DNA of 54,163 nucleotides from Gallionellaceae bacterium (GCA_028695325.1 JAQVJE010000003.1:1-54163); one strand, 5' to 3'. Counted from the stretch's first letter, positions 41,767-52,169 are shown. A program made the numbers and translations. Notes: generated by a model not told the origin, from the sequence alone.

Positions 41767-42843
41767 ATGAACGTTGACGGCCAACCCACCCGCACCATCG
41801 CCGCGCTGCCCGGGCAAGGCGGTGTCAGCATCATCGACCAGACCCGCCTGCCCTTCCGCTACGAGCGGGTGGTGCTGCGCGGCCTGGCCGACGCCGCCCG
41901 TGCCATCACCGACATGCAGGTGCGCGGCGCACCGCTGATCGGCGCCACCGCCGCCTATGGTGTTGCCCTGGCCCTGGACGAGGGCGTCGACCTCGCGTGG
42001 GCCTGCGCCACCCTGGCGGCCACCCGGCCGACGGCGGTCAACCTGGCCTGGGCGCTCGCCCGCATGCAGTCGGCCCTGCTTCCGCTGCCGGCCGCCGAAC
42101 GGTGCGCCGCCGCCTGGGCCGAGGCGGCGGCGATCTGCGACGAGGATGTCGAGATCAACCAGGCCATCGGCCGCCATGGCGCCGCCTTGCTGCAGGCCGT
42201 GGCGGCGCGGAAGGCCGGCCCGGTCAACGTGCTCACCCACTGCAACGCCGGCTGGCTGGCCACGGTGGACTGGGGCACCGCCCTGGCGCCGGTCTACGCC
42301 GCCTTCGACGCCGGCGTGCCGGTCCACGTCTGGGTCGACGAGACGCGGCCGCGCAACCAGGGCGCCTCCCTCACCGCCTGGGAACTGCAGCAGCACGGCG
42401 TGCCGCACACCGTGATCGCCGACAACGCCGGTGGCCACCTGATGCAGCACGGCCGCGTCGACCTGTGCATCGTCGGCAGCGACCGCACCGCCGCCAACGG
42501 CGACGTCGCCAACAAGATCGGCACTTACCTCAAGGCACTGGCTGCGTTCGACAACGGGGTGCCGTTCTACGTCGCCCTGCCCGGCTCCACCATCGACTGG
42601 TCGCTCGCCGACGGCCGCGCCATCCCCATCGAGGAGCGCCGGCCCGACGAGGTGACCTGCATCACCGGCGAGACGACGGCCGGCGAGGTGGTCACGGTGC
42701 GCGTCGCGCCGGCCGGCAGCGCGGCCGCCAACCCGGCCTTCGACGTCACCCCGGCGCGCCTGGTCAGCGGCCTCGTCACCGAGCGCGGTATCTGTCCGGC
42801 CAGCCGCGCCGGCCTTGCCGGTCTCTACCCGGAGCGGGTGTGA
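41767..42843 (+). CDS. mtnA: S-methyl-5-thioribose-1-phosphate isomerase
   Basis: [49 protein letters not shown]. Confidence 0.96.
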   Translation: MNVDGQPTRTIAALPGQGGVSIIDQTRLPFRYERVVLRGLADAARAITDMQVRGAPLIGATAAYGVALALDEGVDLAWACATLAATRPTAVNLAWALARMQSALLPLPAAERCAAAWAEAAAICDEDVEINQAIGRHGAALLQAVAARKAGPVNVLTHCNAGWLATVDWGTALAPVYAAFDAGVPVHVWVDETRPRNQGASLTAWELQQHGVPHTVIADNAGGHLMQHGRVDLCIVGSDRTAANGDVANKIGTYLKALAAFDNGVPFYVALPGSTIDWSLADGRAIPIEERRPDEVTCITGETTAGEVVTVRVAPAGSAAANPAFDVTPARLVSGLVTERGICPASRAGLAGLYPERV

Positions 42844-43517
42844 TGGCGGCCCTGCGCCAGCTGGTCCTCAACATCCGGCCGGAGGCGGCGCCGCGCTTCG
42901 ACAACTTCATGCCGGGCGACAACCTGGAGCTATTGCTCGCCCTCGACGCCCTGGCGCGCGGCGAACTGCCCGAGTCCGTGGTGTACCTGTGGGGGGCCGC
43001 CGGCAGCGGTCGCAGCCACCTGCTGCGCGCCACCGTCGCCGAAGCGGCCGCGCACGGCTGCGTGGCCCGCCACGCCGGCAGCGGCGCCGATCTGCCCGAC
43101 GAGCTCGATGGCCTTCTGGCGGTTGACGATGTCGAATGCCTCGACGCGGACGCCCAGGTGCGCCTGTTCTCCCTCATCAACCAGGCCCGCGAGGGCAGCG
43201 GCACGGTGCTCGCCGCCGGCCCGGCGGCGCCGGGGCTGCTGGGCCTGCGCGCCGACCTCGCCACCCGCCTGTCCTGGGGCCTGGTGTTCGGCCTGCGCCC
43301 GCTCAACGAGGCCGACCGCGCCACCGCCGTGCGCGAGCGTGCCCTCGCCCTCGGCCTGCAACTGCCCGAGGAGGTGGTGCGCTACCTGCTGAGCCACGGC
43401 CGCCGCGACCTGCCCAGCCTGCTCGCCTCGGTGGACGCCCTGGACGCCTATTCGCTCAGCCTGAAGCGGCCGGTCACGGTGCCGCTGGTGCGGGACTGGT
43501 TGAGTGACAAGGCATGA
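42843..43517 (+). CDS. hda: DnaA regulatory inactivator Hda
   Basis: QLVLNI clamp-binding-like motif, FDNF..G.N, YLWGAAGSGRSHLL, DLATRLSWGL. Confidence 0.92.
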   Translation: MAALRQLVLNIRPEAAPRFDNFMPGDNLELLLALDALARGELPESVVYLWGAAGSGRSHLLRATVAEAAAHGCVARHAGSGADLPDELDGLLAVDDVECLDADAQVRLFSLINQAREGSGTVLAAGPAAPGLLGLRADLATRLSWGLVFGLRPLNEADRATAVRERALALGLQLPEEVVRYLLSHGRRDLPSLLASVDALDAYSLSLKRPVTVPLVRDWLSDKA

Positions 43518-43616
43518 CGGAGAGGCGTGACGCAAATGCGTGACCTGGACGGCGTGACGAAGATGCGCCTTTGCGTCACCCGTCACGCCTCATTTGTCAC
43601 GCCTTTGCGTCACGCC
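43504..43616. repeat. GGCGTGAC/GTCACGCC tandem-repeat inverted array (~13-14 bp period), copy 2
   Basis: GCGTGAC-type units at 43511-43558, followed by GTCAC(GCC) at 43575, 43582, 43596, 43609. Confidence 0.85.
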
Positions 43617-43624
43617 TTTTCCCC

Positions 43625-44692
43625 ATGAAGCTCTACGTCGCCATCAGCCACCACGGCCTCGGCCACCTGGCGCAGACCGCGTCGGTTCTCGGCGCGCTGC
43701 ATGCCCTGGAACCTGAGGTCGGCCTCGTCGTCCGCACCGCCCTGCCGCGCGCCAGCCTGGCGCTGCGTCTCGCCATGCCGTTCGAGTACATCGCCGCGGC
43801 GTCCGACTGCAACCTGGTCATGCAGGACGCCATCCGCGTCGATGTGCCGGCCAGCCTGGCGGCCTACCGCGCCTTCCACCACGACTGGCCGCGCCAGGTC
43901 GAGGCCGAGGCGCGCCGGCTCGACGACCTGGGCGTCGAGGCCGTGTTCAGCAACGTTGGCTACCTGCCCCTGGCGGCCGCCCGCCTGGCGGGCATCCCGT
44001 GCGCCGCGTTGTGTTCGCTCAACTGGGCCGACATCTTCCGCCACTACCTGGGCGATGCGCCCGGCGCCGGCGTCATGCTCGACCAGATGGTCGGCGCCTA
44101 CGCCGGTGCCGACCTGTTCATGCGCCCCGAGCCCGCCATGCCGATGGCTGACCTCGGCAACGCCGTGGCCATCCCGCCAGTGGCGCAGATCGGCCGCAAC
44201 CGGCGGGACGAACTCGTTGACCGCCTCGGTATCGACCCGGCCAGCCGCCTGGTCCTGGTCGGTATGGGTGGCATCCCCTACCGGCCGCCGGTGGAGGCCT
44301 GGCCGTGCCGCGCCGGCCTCGTCTTCCTGGTGCCGGACGACTGGCGTGCCGGGCATCCCTGCACGCGGACGCTGCGCGACACCGGCATGGTGTTCCGCGA
44401 CGTCCTCGCCTCCAGTGACGCACTCGTCACCAAGCCCGGCTACGGCAGCTACGCCGAGGCCGCCGCCGCCGGCGTGCCGGTGCTCGCCATCCCCCGGCCC
44501 GACTGGCCGGAGGCGCCCTACCTCAACGCCTGGCTGAGGCAGTACGGCCGTCTGCTGGAGATCGGCGAGGAGCGGTTGCTGGGCGGTGATCTGGCCGCGC
44601 CCCTGGCGGCCCTGTGGGAACAACCGGCGCCACCGCCGGTGGCGGCCGTGGGCATGGATGTGGCGGCGCGGCGACTGCTGGCATTGCGCTGA
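43625..44692 (+). CDS. GT-B fold glycosyltransferase-like protein
   Basis: ISHHGLGH N-terminal motif, VTKPGYGSYAEA, PRPDWPE. Confidence 0.8.
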   Translation: MKLYVAISHHGLGHLAQTASVLGALHALEPEVGLVVRTALPRASLALRLAMPFEYIAAASDCNLVMQDAIRVDVPASLAAYRAFHHDWPRQVEAEARRLDDLGVEAVFSNVGYLPLAAARLAGIPCAALCSLNWADIFRHYLGDAPGAGVMLDQMVGAYAGADLFMRPEPAMPMADLGNAVAIPPVAQIGRNRRDELVDRLGIDPASRLVLVGMGGIPYRPPVEAWPCRAGLVFLVPDDWRAGHPCTRTLRDTGMVFRDVLASSDALVTKPGYGSYAEAAAAGVPVLAIPRPDWPEAPYLNAWLRQYGRLLEIGEERLLGGDLAAPLAALWEQPAPPPVAAVGMDVAARRLLALR

Positions 44693-44698
44693 GCCGCC

Positions 44699-45103
44699 AT
44701 GCGTCCCCGCATCGCCATCCCGCCCGGCGAAGTCGAGATCACCGCGATCCGCGCCCAGGGTGCCGGCGGCCAGAACGTCAACAAGGTCGCCAACGCCGTG
44801 CACCTGCGCTTCGACATCGCCGCCTCGTCGCTGCCCGAGGTGGTGCGCATGCGCCTGCTCGGGCTGGGCGATCGCCGCATCAGCAAGGAAGGCGTGGTGG
44901 TCATCAAGGCACAGGCATTCCGCAGCCTGGAGAAGAACCGCGCCGAGGCGCTGCGCCGCCTGGAGGACCTGATCGCCGGCGCCGCGGAGCCGCCGGTGCC
45001 GCGCTGGCCGACCCGACCGTCCCGTGCCTCGGTGAAGAAGCGGCTGGCGGACAAGGCGAGGCGCGCGGCGCTGAAGCTCGGGCGGGCCAGGGTCGACGAT
45101 TAG
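44699..45103 (+). CDS. arfB: Alternative ribosome rescue factor ArfB
   Basis: GAGGQNVNKV, basic tail PTRPSRASVKKRL..K. Confidence 0.95.
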   Translation: MRPRIAIPPGEVEITAIRAQGAGGQNVNKVANAVHLRFDIAASSLPEVVRMRLLGLGDRRISKEGVVVIKAQAFRSLEKNRAEALRRLEDLIAGAAEPPVPRWPTRPSRASVKKRLADKARRAALKLGRARVDD

Positions 45104-45269
45104 ACGGCCGCGGCCTATTAATCGCCAGGCGGCACGCTTATGCGCCTATACTGGCCCGGTAGTCCGGCGTCCAACAGTGCAGAACCGGGCGGACCACTCG
45201 GCCAGGGGTCCTGTATTCCATGCCATTGCTCCTCGGGCGTCCCATCAAACTTGATCAGGAGCAGACACC

Positions 45270-45401
45270 ATGTCCAAGTCACAGCATTCCAACAAGGAAG
45301 CCAGAAAGCCGGCACTGCTGAGTGCGAAGGAAAAGAAGGCGGCCAAGCAGGCCAGGAAGCATGCCGGCGACGCCGTGCCGCTCATCGTCAAGGGCGCCTG
45401 A
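45270..45401 (+). CDS. Small basic protein (43 aa), absent from the ORF track
   Basis: AGGAG RBS then MSKSQHSNKEARKPALLSAKEKKAAKQARKHAGDAVPLIVKGA*. Confidence 0.7.
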   Translation: MSKSQHSNKEARKPALLSAKEKKAAKQARKHAGDAVPLIVKGA

Positions 45402-45716
45402 ATGCGGGCCACGATCGGGGTGACGGACCAGACGGCCGAATTCGAACTCGGCAAACCGGCGATCCCTGTAGAAGAAATCCTGCAGTACCTCAAGGACCAC
45501 GGCGACCGCCTCGACAGCGAGATCGTCACGGGCACCGGGATCGCACTGGAAAACGTCTGCCTCTGCCTGGCCAAGCTGTCGGACCGGGGCGATGTAGTCA
45601 TGTGCCGGACGACCCGCTACTCGGAGGGCAGGCAGGTGGAGGGCATGCTGTGCCGGGTGTCGGGCTATTTCCCGCGCGCGGCGCCAGGCCGGAAACCCGG
45701 GGCGCCGACCTCCTAG
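45402..45716 (+). CDS. Small winged-helix-like putative DNA-binding protein
   Basis: ILQYLKDHGDRLDSEIVTGTGIALENVCLCLAKLSDRGDV resembles a wHTH. Start uncertain. Confidence 0.65.
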   Translation: MRATIGVTDQTAEFELGKPAIPVEEILQYLKDHGDRLDSEIVTGTGIALENVCLCLAKLSDRGDVVMCRTTRYSEGRQVEGMLCRVSGYFPRAAPGRKPGAPTS

Positions 45717-45806
45717 GCGGCGACACGCCCGGCATCCCGCCGGGCATCCCGCCGGCCCGCGGTTGCGGCAGTCCGGCGGGCAACACAGCATGCAGCGGGA
45801 GGCTCA

Positions 45807-46073
45807 ATGGATATATTCGTCGGCAACCTGGCGCCGCAGACCTCGGAAGAGGAACTGTTGGTGCTGTTCAAGGCCTTTGGCGAGGTGCGCTCGGTGCAGA
45901 TCAAGCGCGACCTGTTCAGCGGCGTCTCCAAGGGCTTCGGCTTCATCGAGATGCCGGGCCGACAGCATTCGCTCAATGCCATCGCCGGCCTCAGCGGCAA
46001 GGACCTCAATGGCAAGCCGCTGACCGTCAACGAGTCGCAGCCGCGCCAGGGTGGCGGCCACCGGCGCCGCTGA
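45807..46073 (+). CDS. RRM-domain RNA-binding protein
   Basis: RNP2 IFVGNL, RNP1 KGFGFIEM, Gly/Arg tail. GGAGG RBS. Confidence 0.93.
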   Translation: MDIFVGNLAPQTSEEELLVLFKAFGEVRSVQIKRDLFSGVSKGFGFIEMPGRQHSLNAIAGLSGKDLNGKPLTVNESQPRQGGGHRRR

Positions 46074-46078
46074 GCGGC

Positions 46079-46615
46079 TCAGGTCCGCCGGGTCGGCTCG
46101 ATGTGGGCGGTGTGGGTGCCGTCGGTGAGCCAGACCTGGCCATCCTGCAGGGTGCATTGCAGGCGCATGGTGCGGCTGGCCAGCGCGGTCAGGGCCGCGC
46201 CGGCCTCCTCGGGCAGGCGCAGCACGGTGAGCTTGTCCATGCGGGCGAGGGCATTCCTGTTCTGTTCCCACCAGACATCGGTGGCGCGGCCGCCGTAGTT
46301 GACCAGCACCACCTGCTCGGCGCGGTTGCAGGCCTTGCGTAGCCATTTCTCGTCCGGCAGGCCGACATCGATCCAGAGCCGGATGGCGCCGGTGAGGTCC
46401 TTCTGCCACAGGTCGGGCTCGTCGTCGACGCACAGCCCCTTGCCGAAGGTGAGTCCTTCGCGGGCATGGAGCACGAAGGCGAGCAGGCGCACCATCATGC
46501 GCTCGTCGGTCTCCGAGGGGTGGCGGGCGAGGGTGATCGAATGGTCCGCGTAGTAGTTGCGGTCCAGGTCGGCGATCGCAAGATCGGCCTTGTAGATAGT
46601 GGCCTTTAGTGCCAT
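46079..46615 (-). CDS. yaeQ: YaeQ-family protein
   Basis: MALKATIYKA, ARHPSETDERMMVRLLA, DEPDLW. Confidence 0.95.
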   Translation of the reverse strand: MALKATIYKADLAIADLDRNYYADHSITLARHPSETDERMMVRLLAFVLHAREGLTFGKGLCVDDEPDLWQKDLTGAIRLWIDVGLPDEKWLRKACNRAEQVVLVNYGGRATDVWWEQNRNALARMDKLTVLRLPEEAGAALTALASRTMRLQCTLQDGQVWLTDGTHTAHIEPTRRT

Positions 46616-47373
46616 GGATGTTCCTGCAGTAGTTGGGACCAGCCCAGTCGCCGGATGCAGTCGGCGAAGTCGGGCGCGGGCGGGGCGGAGATTGCCACCG
46701 GCCGGCCGTCGTCGGGGTGGGCGAAGGCCAGGCGCACCGCCGCGAGGAGCAGGCGATGGCAGCCGAGACGCTCCTGGAACAGGCGGTTGTGGCGGCCCTT
46801 GCCATGGGTGGCGTCGCCGACGATGGGGTGGGCGATGTGTTTCATGTGCCGGCGCAGCTGGTGCCGGCGGCCGCTCAACGGCGTGAGTTCGACCAGGGCG
46901 TAGCGGCTGCTCGGGTAGCGGTCGACCCGCCAGGGCAACTCGACGGTGGCGAGGCGCCGGTAACGGGTGACGGCGGGCTGTGGGAGGTCGTGTGCGCCGC
47001 GGTAGCCGTATTCGTCCGCCATGCGGCGCAGCGGGTGGTCGATCACGCCGGCCTCGGGCGGATAGCCGCGCACCACCGCCCAGTAGGACTTGGCCACCGT
47101 GCCGCGCTCGAACTGGCCGGCCAGGGCGGCGGCGGCCTCGGGGTCGAGTGCGAACAGCAGCACGCCAGAAGTGCCCTTGTCGAGCCGGTGCACCGGCCAC
47201 ACCGGGCGGCCGATCTGGTCGCGCAGCCTTTGCACGGCGAAGCGGGTGGCGTGGCGGTCGAGGTCGCTGCGGTGGACCAGGAGGCCGGCCGGCTTGTCGA
47301 TGGCGACCAGGCGGTCGTCGCGGTAGACGACGGCGAGGTCATCCCCACACGTCGGAGCGAGCGGCGTGCTCAG
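46606..47373 (-). CDS. truC: tRNA pseudouridine synthase C (RluA family), start codon unclear
   Basis: DKPAGLLVH, HRLDKGTSG, GRRHQLRRHMKHIAHPIVGD..HG.GRHN. Confidence 0.85.
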   Translation of the reverse strand: MSTPLAPTCGDDLAVVYRDDRLVAIDKPAGLLVHRSDLDRHATRFAVQRLRDQIGRPVWPVHRLDKGTSGVLLFALDPEAAAALAGQFERGTVAKSYWAVVRGYPPEAGVIDHPLRRMADEYGYRGAHDLPQPAVTRYRRLATVELPWRVDRYPSSRYALVELTPLSGRRHQLRRHMKHIAHPIVGDATHGKGRHNRLFQERLGCHRLLLAAVRLAFAHPDDGRPVAISAPPAPDFADCIRRLGWSQLLQEHPWH

Positions 47374-47741
47374 GCCTGCTGGTCCTCTTGCTTGGCGAGT
47401 TCGGCGTGCACCTGGGCCATGTCGACCTCGCCGGCGCGGGCGACCAGGTCGTCGAAGGCGCCGGCCGGCAGGGCGCCGGGCTGGGCGTAGATGATGACCT
47501 TCTCGCGGAAGATCATCAGGGTGGGGATGGAACGGATCTGGAACTGAGCGGCGATGCCTTGCTGTTCCTCGGTGTTGACCTTGGCGAAGGTGATGCCGGG
47601 GTTCTTCTCGGCGGCCGCCTCGAACACCGGCGCGAAACCGCGGCAGGGGCCGCACCAGGGTGCCCAGAAGTCGACGACGACGAAATCGTTGCTGAGGATG
47701 GTGGATTCGAAGTTGTCTTCGGTGAGGTCGATCACGGGCAT
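47370..47741 (-). CDS. trxA: Thioredoxin
   Basis: VDFWAPWCGPC, IRSIPTL. Confidence 0.92.
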   Translation of the reverse strand: MPVIDLTEDNFESTILSNDFVVVDFWAPWCGPCRGFAPVFEAAAEKNPGITFAKVNTEEQQGIAAQFQIRSIPTLMIFREKVIIYAQPGALPAGAFDDLVARAGEVDMAQVHAELAKQEDQQA

Positions 47742-47820
47742 GGGGGGTACTCCAGGATGGGGATATAAGCCAGCCGCCACCTTAACACGGCGGCCGCCGC
47801 GAGCCTATATCAGGATTTGC

Positions 47821-50800
47821 TTACATAGCAGCCAGTCCATGCCGGCTGGGGGCCAGGCGCTCCAGATAGAGGTAGATCACCGGCGTGATGTACAGGGTGA
47901 GTATCTGCGACAGCACCAGGCCGCCCACCACGGCCAGCCCGAGGGGCTGGCGGATCTCGCCGCCGGCGCCGTAGGCGAGGGCGATGGGCAGGGTGCCGGC
48001 CAGAGCGGCGAAGGTGGTCATCATGATCGGCCGGAAGCGGATCAGGCAGGCCTGGCGGATCGCCGTGGCTGCCGCCATGCCGTGCCGGCGCTGATGGTCG
48101 AGGGCGAAGTCGATCATCATGATGGCGTTCTTCTTGACGATGCCGACCAGCATGATGATGCCGACGAAGGCATAGAGCGACAGGTCGACCTTGAACAGCC
48201 ACAGGGTGAGGAGGGCACCGAGGCCGGCAGAGGGCAGGCCGGACAGGATGGTGAGGGGGTGGATGAAACTCTCGTAGAGGATGCCGAGCACGATGTAGAC
48301 CACCAGCACGGCCACCAGGAGCAGGATGCCGAGGCCTTTCTGGGAGTCCTCGAATGCCTTGGCGGTGCCTTCCAGTTGGGTGGCGATGGTGGCCGGCAGG
48401 CCCAGCTCGCGCTCCACGCCACGGATGCTGGCCACCGCCTCGCCCAGCGAGTGGCCGGGCTCCAGATTGAAGGACAGGGTGACCGAGGGCAGCTGGCCAA
48501 GGTGGTTGACCGTCAGGGCCTGGTTGCCGCGTTGCAGGCGTGCGACGCTGTCGAGCGGCACTAGCTGGCCGGAACTGGAACGCACATGCAGGCGCGCCAA
48601 CATGCCGGGGTCGGCCTGGAATTGCGGGTCCAGTTCCAGGATCACCTGATAGTCGTTGCTGGCGCCATAGATGGTGGATACTTGGCGGCTGCCGAAGGCG
48701 GACTGCAGGGCGTCCTCCACCTGGCCGTAGGTGAGGCCGAGGGGGGCGAGGCGATCGCGCTCGATGGCCAGGCTGACGGTGGGGCTCTTGTTGTTCAGGT
48801 TGCTGTTGACGTCGACGAAGCCGGGCAGCTTGCGGACACGCGCCAGCATGGTCTCGCTCCACGCGTACAACTCGTCCAGGTCCTGGCCCTGCAGGGTGTA
48901 CTGGTACTGGGCCGTGGTCAGGCGACCGGCCAGGCGGATGGGCGGCGGGTTCTGCAGGGAGACCTTGAGGCCGGGCACTACGGACAGCTTGGGTCGCAGG
49001 GCCTGCACCAGTTCCTCGGCCGAGTGCTGGCGCTGCTCGCGCGGCTTCAGCTTGAACAGCATCATGCCCGAGTTGGTGCCGGCGCGGGAACCGCCGGCCC
49101 CGACCACCGACATGAACGTCTCGATGTCCGGCTCGCGGGCGGCGATGGCGGCTGCCTGGCGCTGTTTTTCGGCCATGGCCTGGAAGGACACGTCAGGTGC
49201 CGCTTCGGTGAAGGCGATGATCTGGCCTGAGTCGCCGCTGGGCAGGAAGTCCTTGGGCGTGACCACGTACAGCCAGGCGCTCGCCGCGGCGGTGAGGAAG
49301 AACACCGCCATGACCAGGCGAGGTCGCGCCAGTGCCCAGTCGAGGCTGACCCGGTAGGCCTCGCGCAGCGCCTCGAAACCATGCTCCAGGGCATTCCAGA
49401 CCCGTCCGTGGCGGCCCTGGTCGGCCTTCAGGTAACGGCTCGCCAGCATCGGTGTCAGGGTCAGAGAGACAAGGCCGGAGACCAGGATGGCGGCGGCGAT
49501 GGTGAGGGCGAACTCGTGCAGCAGGCGGCCGATGACGCCGCCCATGAACATCACCGGGATGAATACCGCCACCAGGGACAGGGTCATGGAGACGATGGTG
49601 AAGCCGATCTCGCGGGCGCCCTTGATCGCCGCCTGATAGGGCGGTTCGCCGGCCTCGATATGGCGGTGGATGTTCTCCAACATCACGATCGCGTCATCGA
49701 CCACGAACCCCACGGAGAGCGTCAGCGCCAGCAGCGACAGGTTGTCGAGGCTGAAGCCGAGTGCGTACATGCCGGCGAAGGTGCCGATCACCGACAAGGG
49801 CAGGGCGAGGGCCGGGATGACGGTGGCGGACAGGTTGCGCAGGAAGAGCAGGATCACCAGCACCACCAGGCTGGCGGCCAGGACCAGGGTGAACTGGACG
49901 TCGTGGATGGACTCCCGGATCGACACGCTGCGGTCGTACAGCACCGACAGCTCGACGGAGGCCGGCAGGCGCTCCTGGAAGCTGGGCAGGATGGCCTGGA
50001 TGGCGGCCACCGTATTGGGCGTGTTGGCGCCTGGCTGGCGCTGGACGGCGAGCACGATGGCGCGCTTGTCTACCAGCCAGTTGGCGCGCTTGTTGGCCTC
50101 GACGTCGTCGATGACGGTGGCCAGCTCCTCCAGGCGCACCGGGGCGCCGTTGCGGTAGGTGACGATGAGAGGCCGGTAGGCGGCGGCGCTCTCCAGCTGG
50201 CCGTCGGTCTTGATGGCGAAGGTCTGCTTGGGGCCGTCCAGGCTGCCGGTCGGCAGGTTGACGTTGCCGCCCTGGATGGCCTGGGCCAGCTCGTCGAGGC
50301 CGATGCCGCGCGCCGCCAGGCGGTCGGGGTCGGCCTGGATGCGCACGGCGTGCTTCTGCGATCCGTAGACGTTGACCTGGGCGACGCCGGGGATGGTGGA
50401 GATGCGTTGCGCCAGCTGCGTCTCGGCGTACTCGTTGACCACCGGCATGGGCAGGCTGTCCGAGCGCATGGCGATGTAGAAGATCGGCAGGTCGGCCGGG
50501 TTGACCTTGCGGAAGGACGGCGGCGACGGCATGTCGGTGGGCAGCTTGCGCTGCGCAGCGGCGATGGCCGACTGCACGTCCTGGGCGGCGGCATCGATGT
50601 CGCGGTCGAGGTCGAACTGCAGGGTGATGGAGGTGCTGCCCTGTGCGCTGGTCGAGGTCATCGAGGTGATCCCGGCGATGGTGGAGAACTGTGCCTCCAG
50701 CGGCGTCGCCACCGCCGAGGCCATGGTCTCCGGCGTGGCGCCCGGCAGCGCGGCCGACACCGAGATGGTGGGGAAGTCGACATTGGGCAGCTCGGACACC

Positions 50801-50898
50801 GGCAGGGCGCGGTAGGCGATGAGGCCGAAGACCAGGAACGCCGCCATCAGCAGCGTCGTCATCACGGGCCGGCGGATGCAAAGTTCGGGCAGCTGCAT
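47821..50898 (-). CDS. RND efflux permease (MdtB/MdtC-like)
   Basis: IRRPV, PNVDFPTI, GFVVDDAIVMLEN, GIVKKNAIMMID, RFRPIMMTT. Confidence 0.95.
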   Translation of the reverse strand: MQLPELCIRRPVMTTLLMAAFLVFGLIAYRALPVSELPNVDFPTISVSAALPGATPETMASAVATPLEAQFSTIAGITSMTSTSAQGSTSITLQFDLDRDIDAAAQDVQSAIAAAQRKLPTDMPSPPSFRKVNPADLPIFYIAMRSDSLPMPVVNEYAETQLAQRISTIPGVAQVNVYGSQKHAVRIQADPDRLAARGIGLDELAQAIQGGNVNLPTGSLDGPKQTFAIKTDGQLESAAAYRPLIVTYRNGAPVRLEELATVIDDVEANKRANWLVDKRAIVLAVQRQPGANTPNTVAAIQAILPSFQERLPASVELSVLYDRSVSIRESIHDVQFTLVLAASLVVLVILLFLRNLSATVIPALALPLSVIGTFAGMYALGFSLDNLSLLALTLSVGFVVDDAIVMLENIHRHIEAGEPPYQAAIKGAREIGFTIVSMTLSLVAVFIPVMFMGGVIGRLLHEFALTIAAAILVSGLVSLTLTPMLASRYLKADQGRHGRVWNALEHGFEALREAYRVSLDWALARPRLVMAVFFLTAAASAWLYVVTPKDFLPSGDSGQIIAFTEAAPDVSFQAMAEKQRQAAAIAAREPDIETFMSVVGAGGSRAGTNSGMMLFKLKPREQRQHSAEELVQALRPKLSVVPGLKVSLQNPPPIRLAGRLTTAQYQYTLQGQDLDELYAWSETMLARVRKLPGFVDVNSNLNNKSPTVSLAIERDRLAPLGLTYGQVEDALQSAFGSRQVSTIYGASNDYQVILELDPQFQADPGMLARLHVRSSSGQLVPLDSVARLQRGNQALTVNHLGQLPSVTLSFNLEPGHSLGEAVASIRGVERELGLPATIATQLEGTAKAFEDSQKGLGILLLVAVLVVYIVLGILYESFIHPLTILSGLPSAGLGALLTLWLFKVDLSLYAFVGIIMLVGIVKKNAIMMIDFALDHQRRHGMAAATAIRQACLIRFRPIMMTTFAALAGTLPIALAYGAGGEIRQPLGLAVVGGLVLSQILTLYITPVIYLYLERLAPSRHGLAAM

Positions 50899-50905
50899 GA
50901 ATTCA

Positions 50906-50992
50906 GTGAGAGGGTAACAGAGTGACGAGGGACGGGGAGACGGCGGCAAGTGGGCGGGTTTTTGTCACTATGTCACCTTGTCACTTCGTCAC
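50906..50992. repeat. GTGAC/GTCAC tandem-repeat inverted array (7-8 bp period), copy 3
   Basis: Degenerate GTGAG/GTAAC/GTGAC/GGGAC/GAGAC units, then GTCAC at 50964, 50972, 50980, 50988. Confidence 0.8.
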
Positions 50993-52078
50993 CAGTTCTA
51001 CAGTCGACTTCGGTGTCAGGCGCAGGTGGCCGTCGGTCACCACCGTCGTCCCCGCGGTGATGCCGGCCAGCGCCACCTGGCCGGCCCGCTCGGCGAGTAT
51101 CTGCACCGGCTCGATGGCGATGCCCCGAGCCGCCGTCACCCGGTATACGACTGGGCCGTGCGGACCCTGCTGGATCGCCTCGGCAGGCACCGTCACGGCG
51201 TCCTTCAGGGTGTGCAGCACCAGTTCGACGCGCAGGTACTGGCCGGGCAGGAAGGGCGAGTCGTCGAGGCGCGCCTTGACCAGCAGGGTGCCGGTGGCGG
51301 GGTCGACCGCGTGGTCGACGAAATGGATGCGGCCGTCGTGGGTGCGGCCGTCCGCGTCCGGTGCCCGCACCGTCACTGCCACCGGTCCCCTGGCCAGGGC
51401 GGCGCGCAGCGCCCCGGCATGGCGCTCGGGCAGGGCGAAGGCGACCAGCAGCGGGCGCATCCGGTTGACCGTCGCCAGCACGGTGTCGTTGGTCTTTACC
51501 GCCGTGCCGGGGAACACCAGGCGGGCACCGACCAGGCCGGCGAAGGGGGCGCGAACCGAGGTGTAGGAGAACTGCAGGCGGGCCAGCTCGACGGCGGCGC
51601 GGTCGGCCGCCACGGTGGCCTCGGCGGCGGCGGCGGCGGCGTCCAGGTCGGCCAGCCGCTCGGCCGACACGAAGCCCTGCTCGCGCAGGGCCCGGTAGCG
51701 CGCCACGTCGGCGCGCGCCTTGGCGAGCAGGGCCTGGTCGCGCGCCAGGGCGGCCTCGGCCTGGCGCAGGCGGGCGGCGAAGTCGGCCGGGTCGAGGCGC
51801 ACCAGCACCTCGCCGGCGGCGACCGACTCGCCCTCGCGGAACAGTACCGCCTGGACCTGGCCGTCGATGCGCGCCTTGAGTGCGACCGACTCATAGGCCT
51901 CGCCGCGCCCGACCAGGTCGACCGCGACGGGAAAGTTGCGCGCCGCCGCCGGGACAGCCCGGACCGGCACCGGCGCGTTATCCTTCTTCGTCTCATCCTT
52001 GCCGCCCGGGCGCAGGTACAGCCAGGCGCCGCCGGCCAGGATCAGGATGACGATGAACAACTTGAGTACTACACGCAT
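50981..52078 (-). CDS. RND membrane fusion (periplasmic adaptor) protein
   Basis: N-terminal TM, ARIDG...FREGESV, VRAPFAG, VDPATGT, VVTDG. Confidence 0.93.
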   Translation of the reverse strand: MRVVLKLFIVILILAGGAWLYLRPGGKDETKKDNAPVPVRAVPAAARNFPVAVDLVGRGEAYESVALKARIDGQVQAVLFREGESVAAGEVLVRLDPADFAARLRQAEAALARDQALLAKARADVARYRALREQGFVSAERLADLDAAAAAAEATVAADRAAVELARLQFSYTSVRAPFAGLVGARLVFPGTAVKTNDTVLATVNRMRPLLVAFALPERHAGALRAALARGPVAVTVRAPDADGRTHDGRIHFVDHAVDPATGTLLVKARLDDSPFLPGQYLRVELVLHTLKDAVTVPAEAIQQGPHGPVVYRVTAARGIAIEPVQILAERAGQVALAGITAGTTVVTDGHLRLTPKSTVELVTK

Positions 52079-52169
52079 GCAAGGCCTCGCAGGAATTATT
52101 TCGGTGCCCGGGTGTCAGGTCTTCATGGCTGCGACGACCAATGGATGACCGACACAGGAGAGCGACATC

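Noticed and set aside
45731-45753. GGCATCCCGCC tandem duplication
   Set aside because: Two short GC-rich copies only, plausible by chance or slippage.
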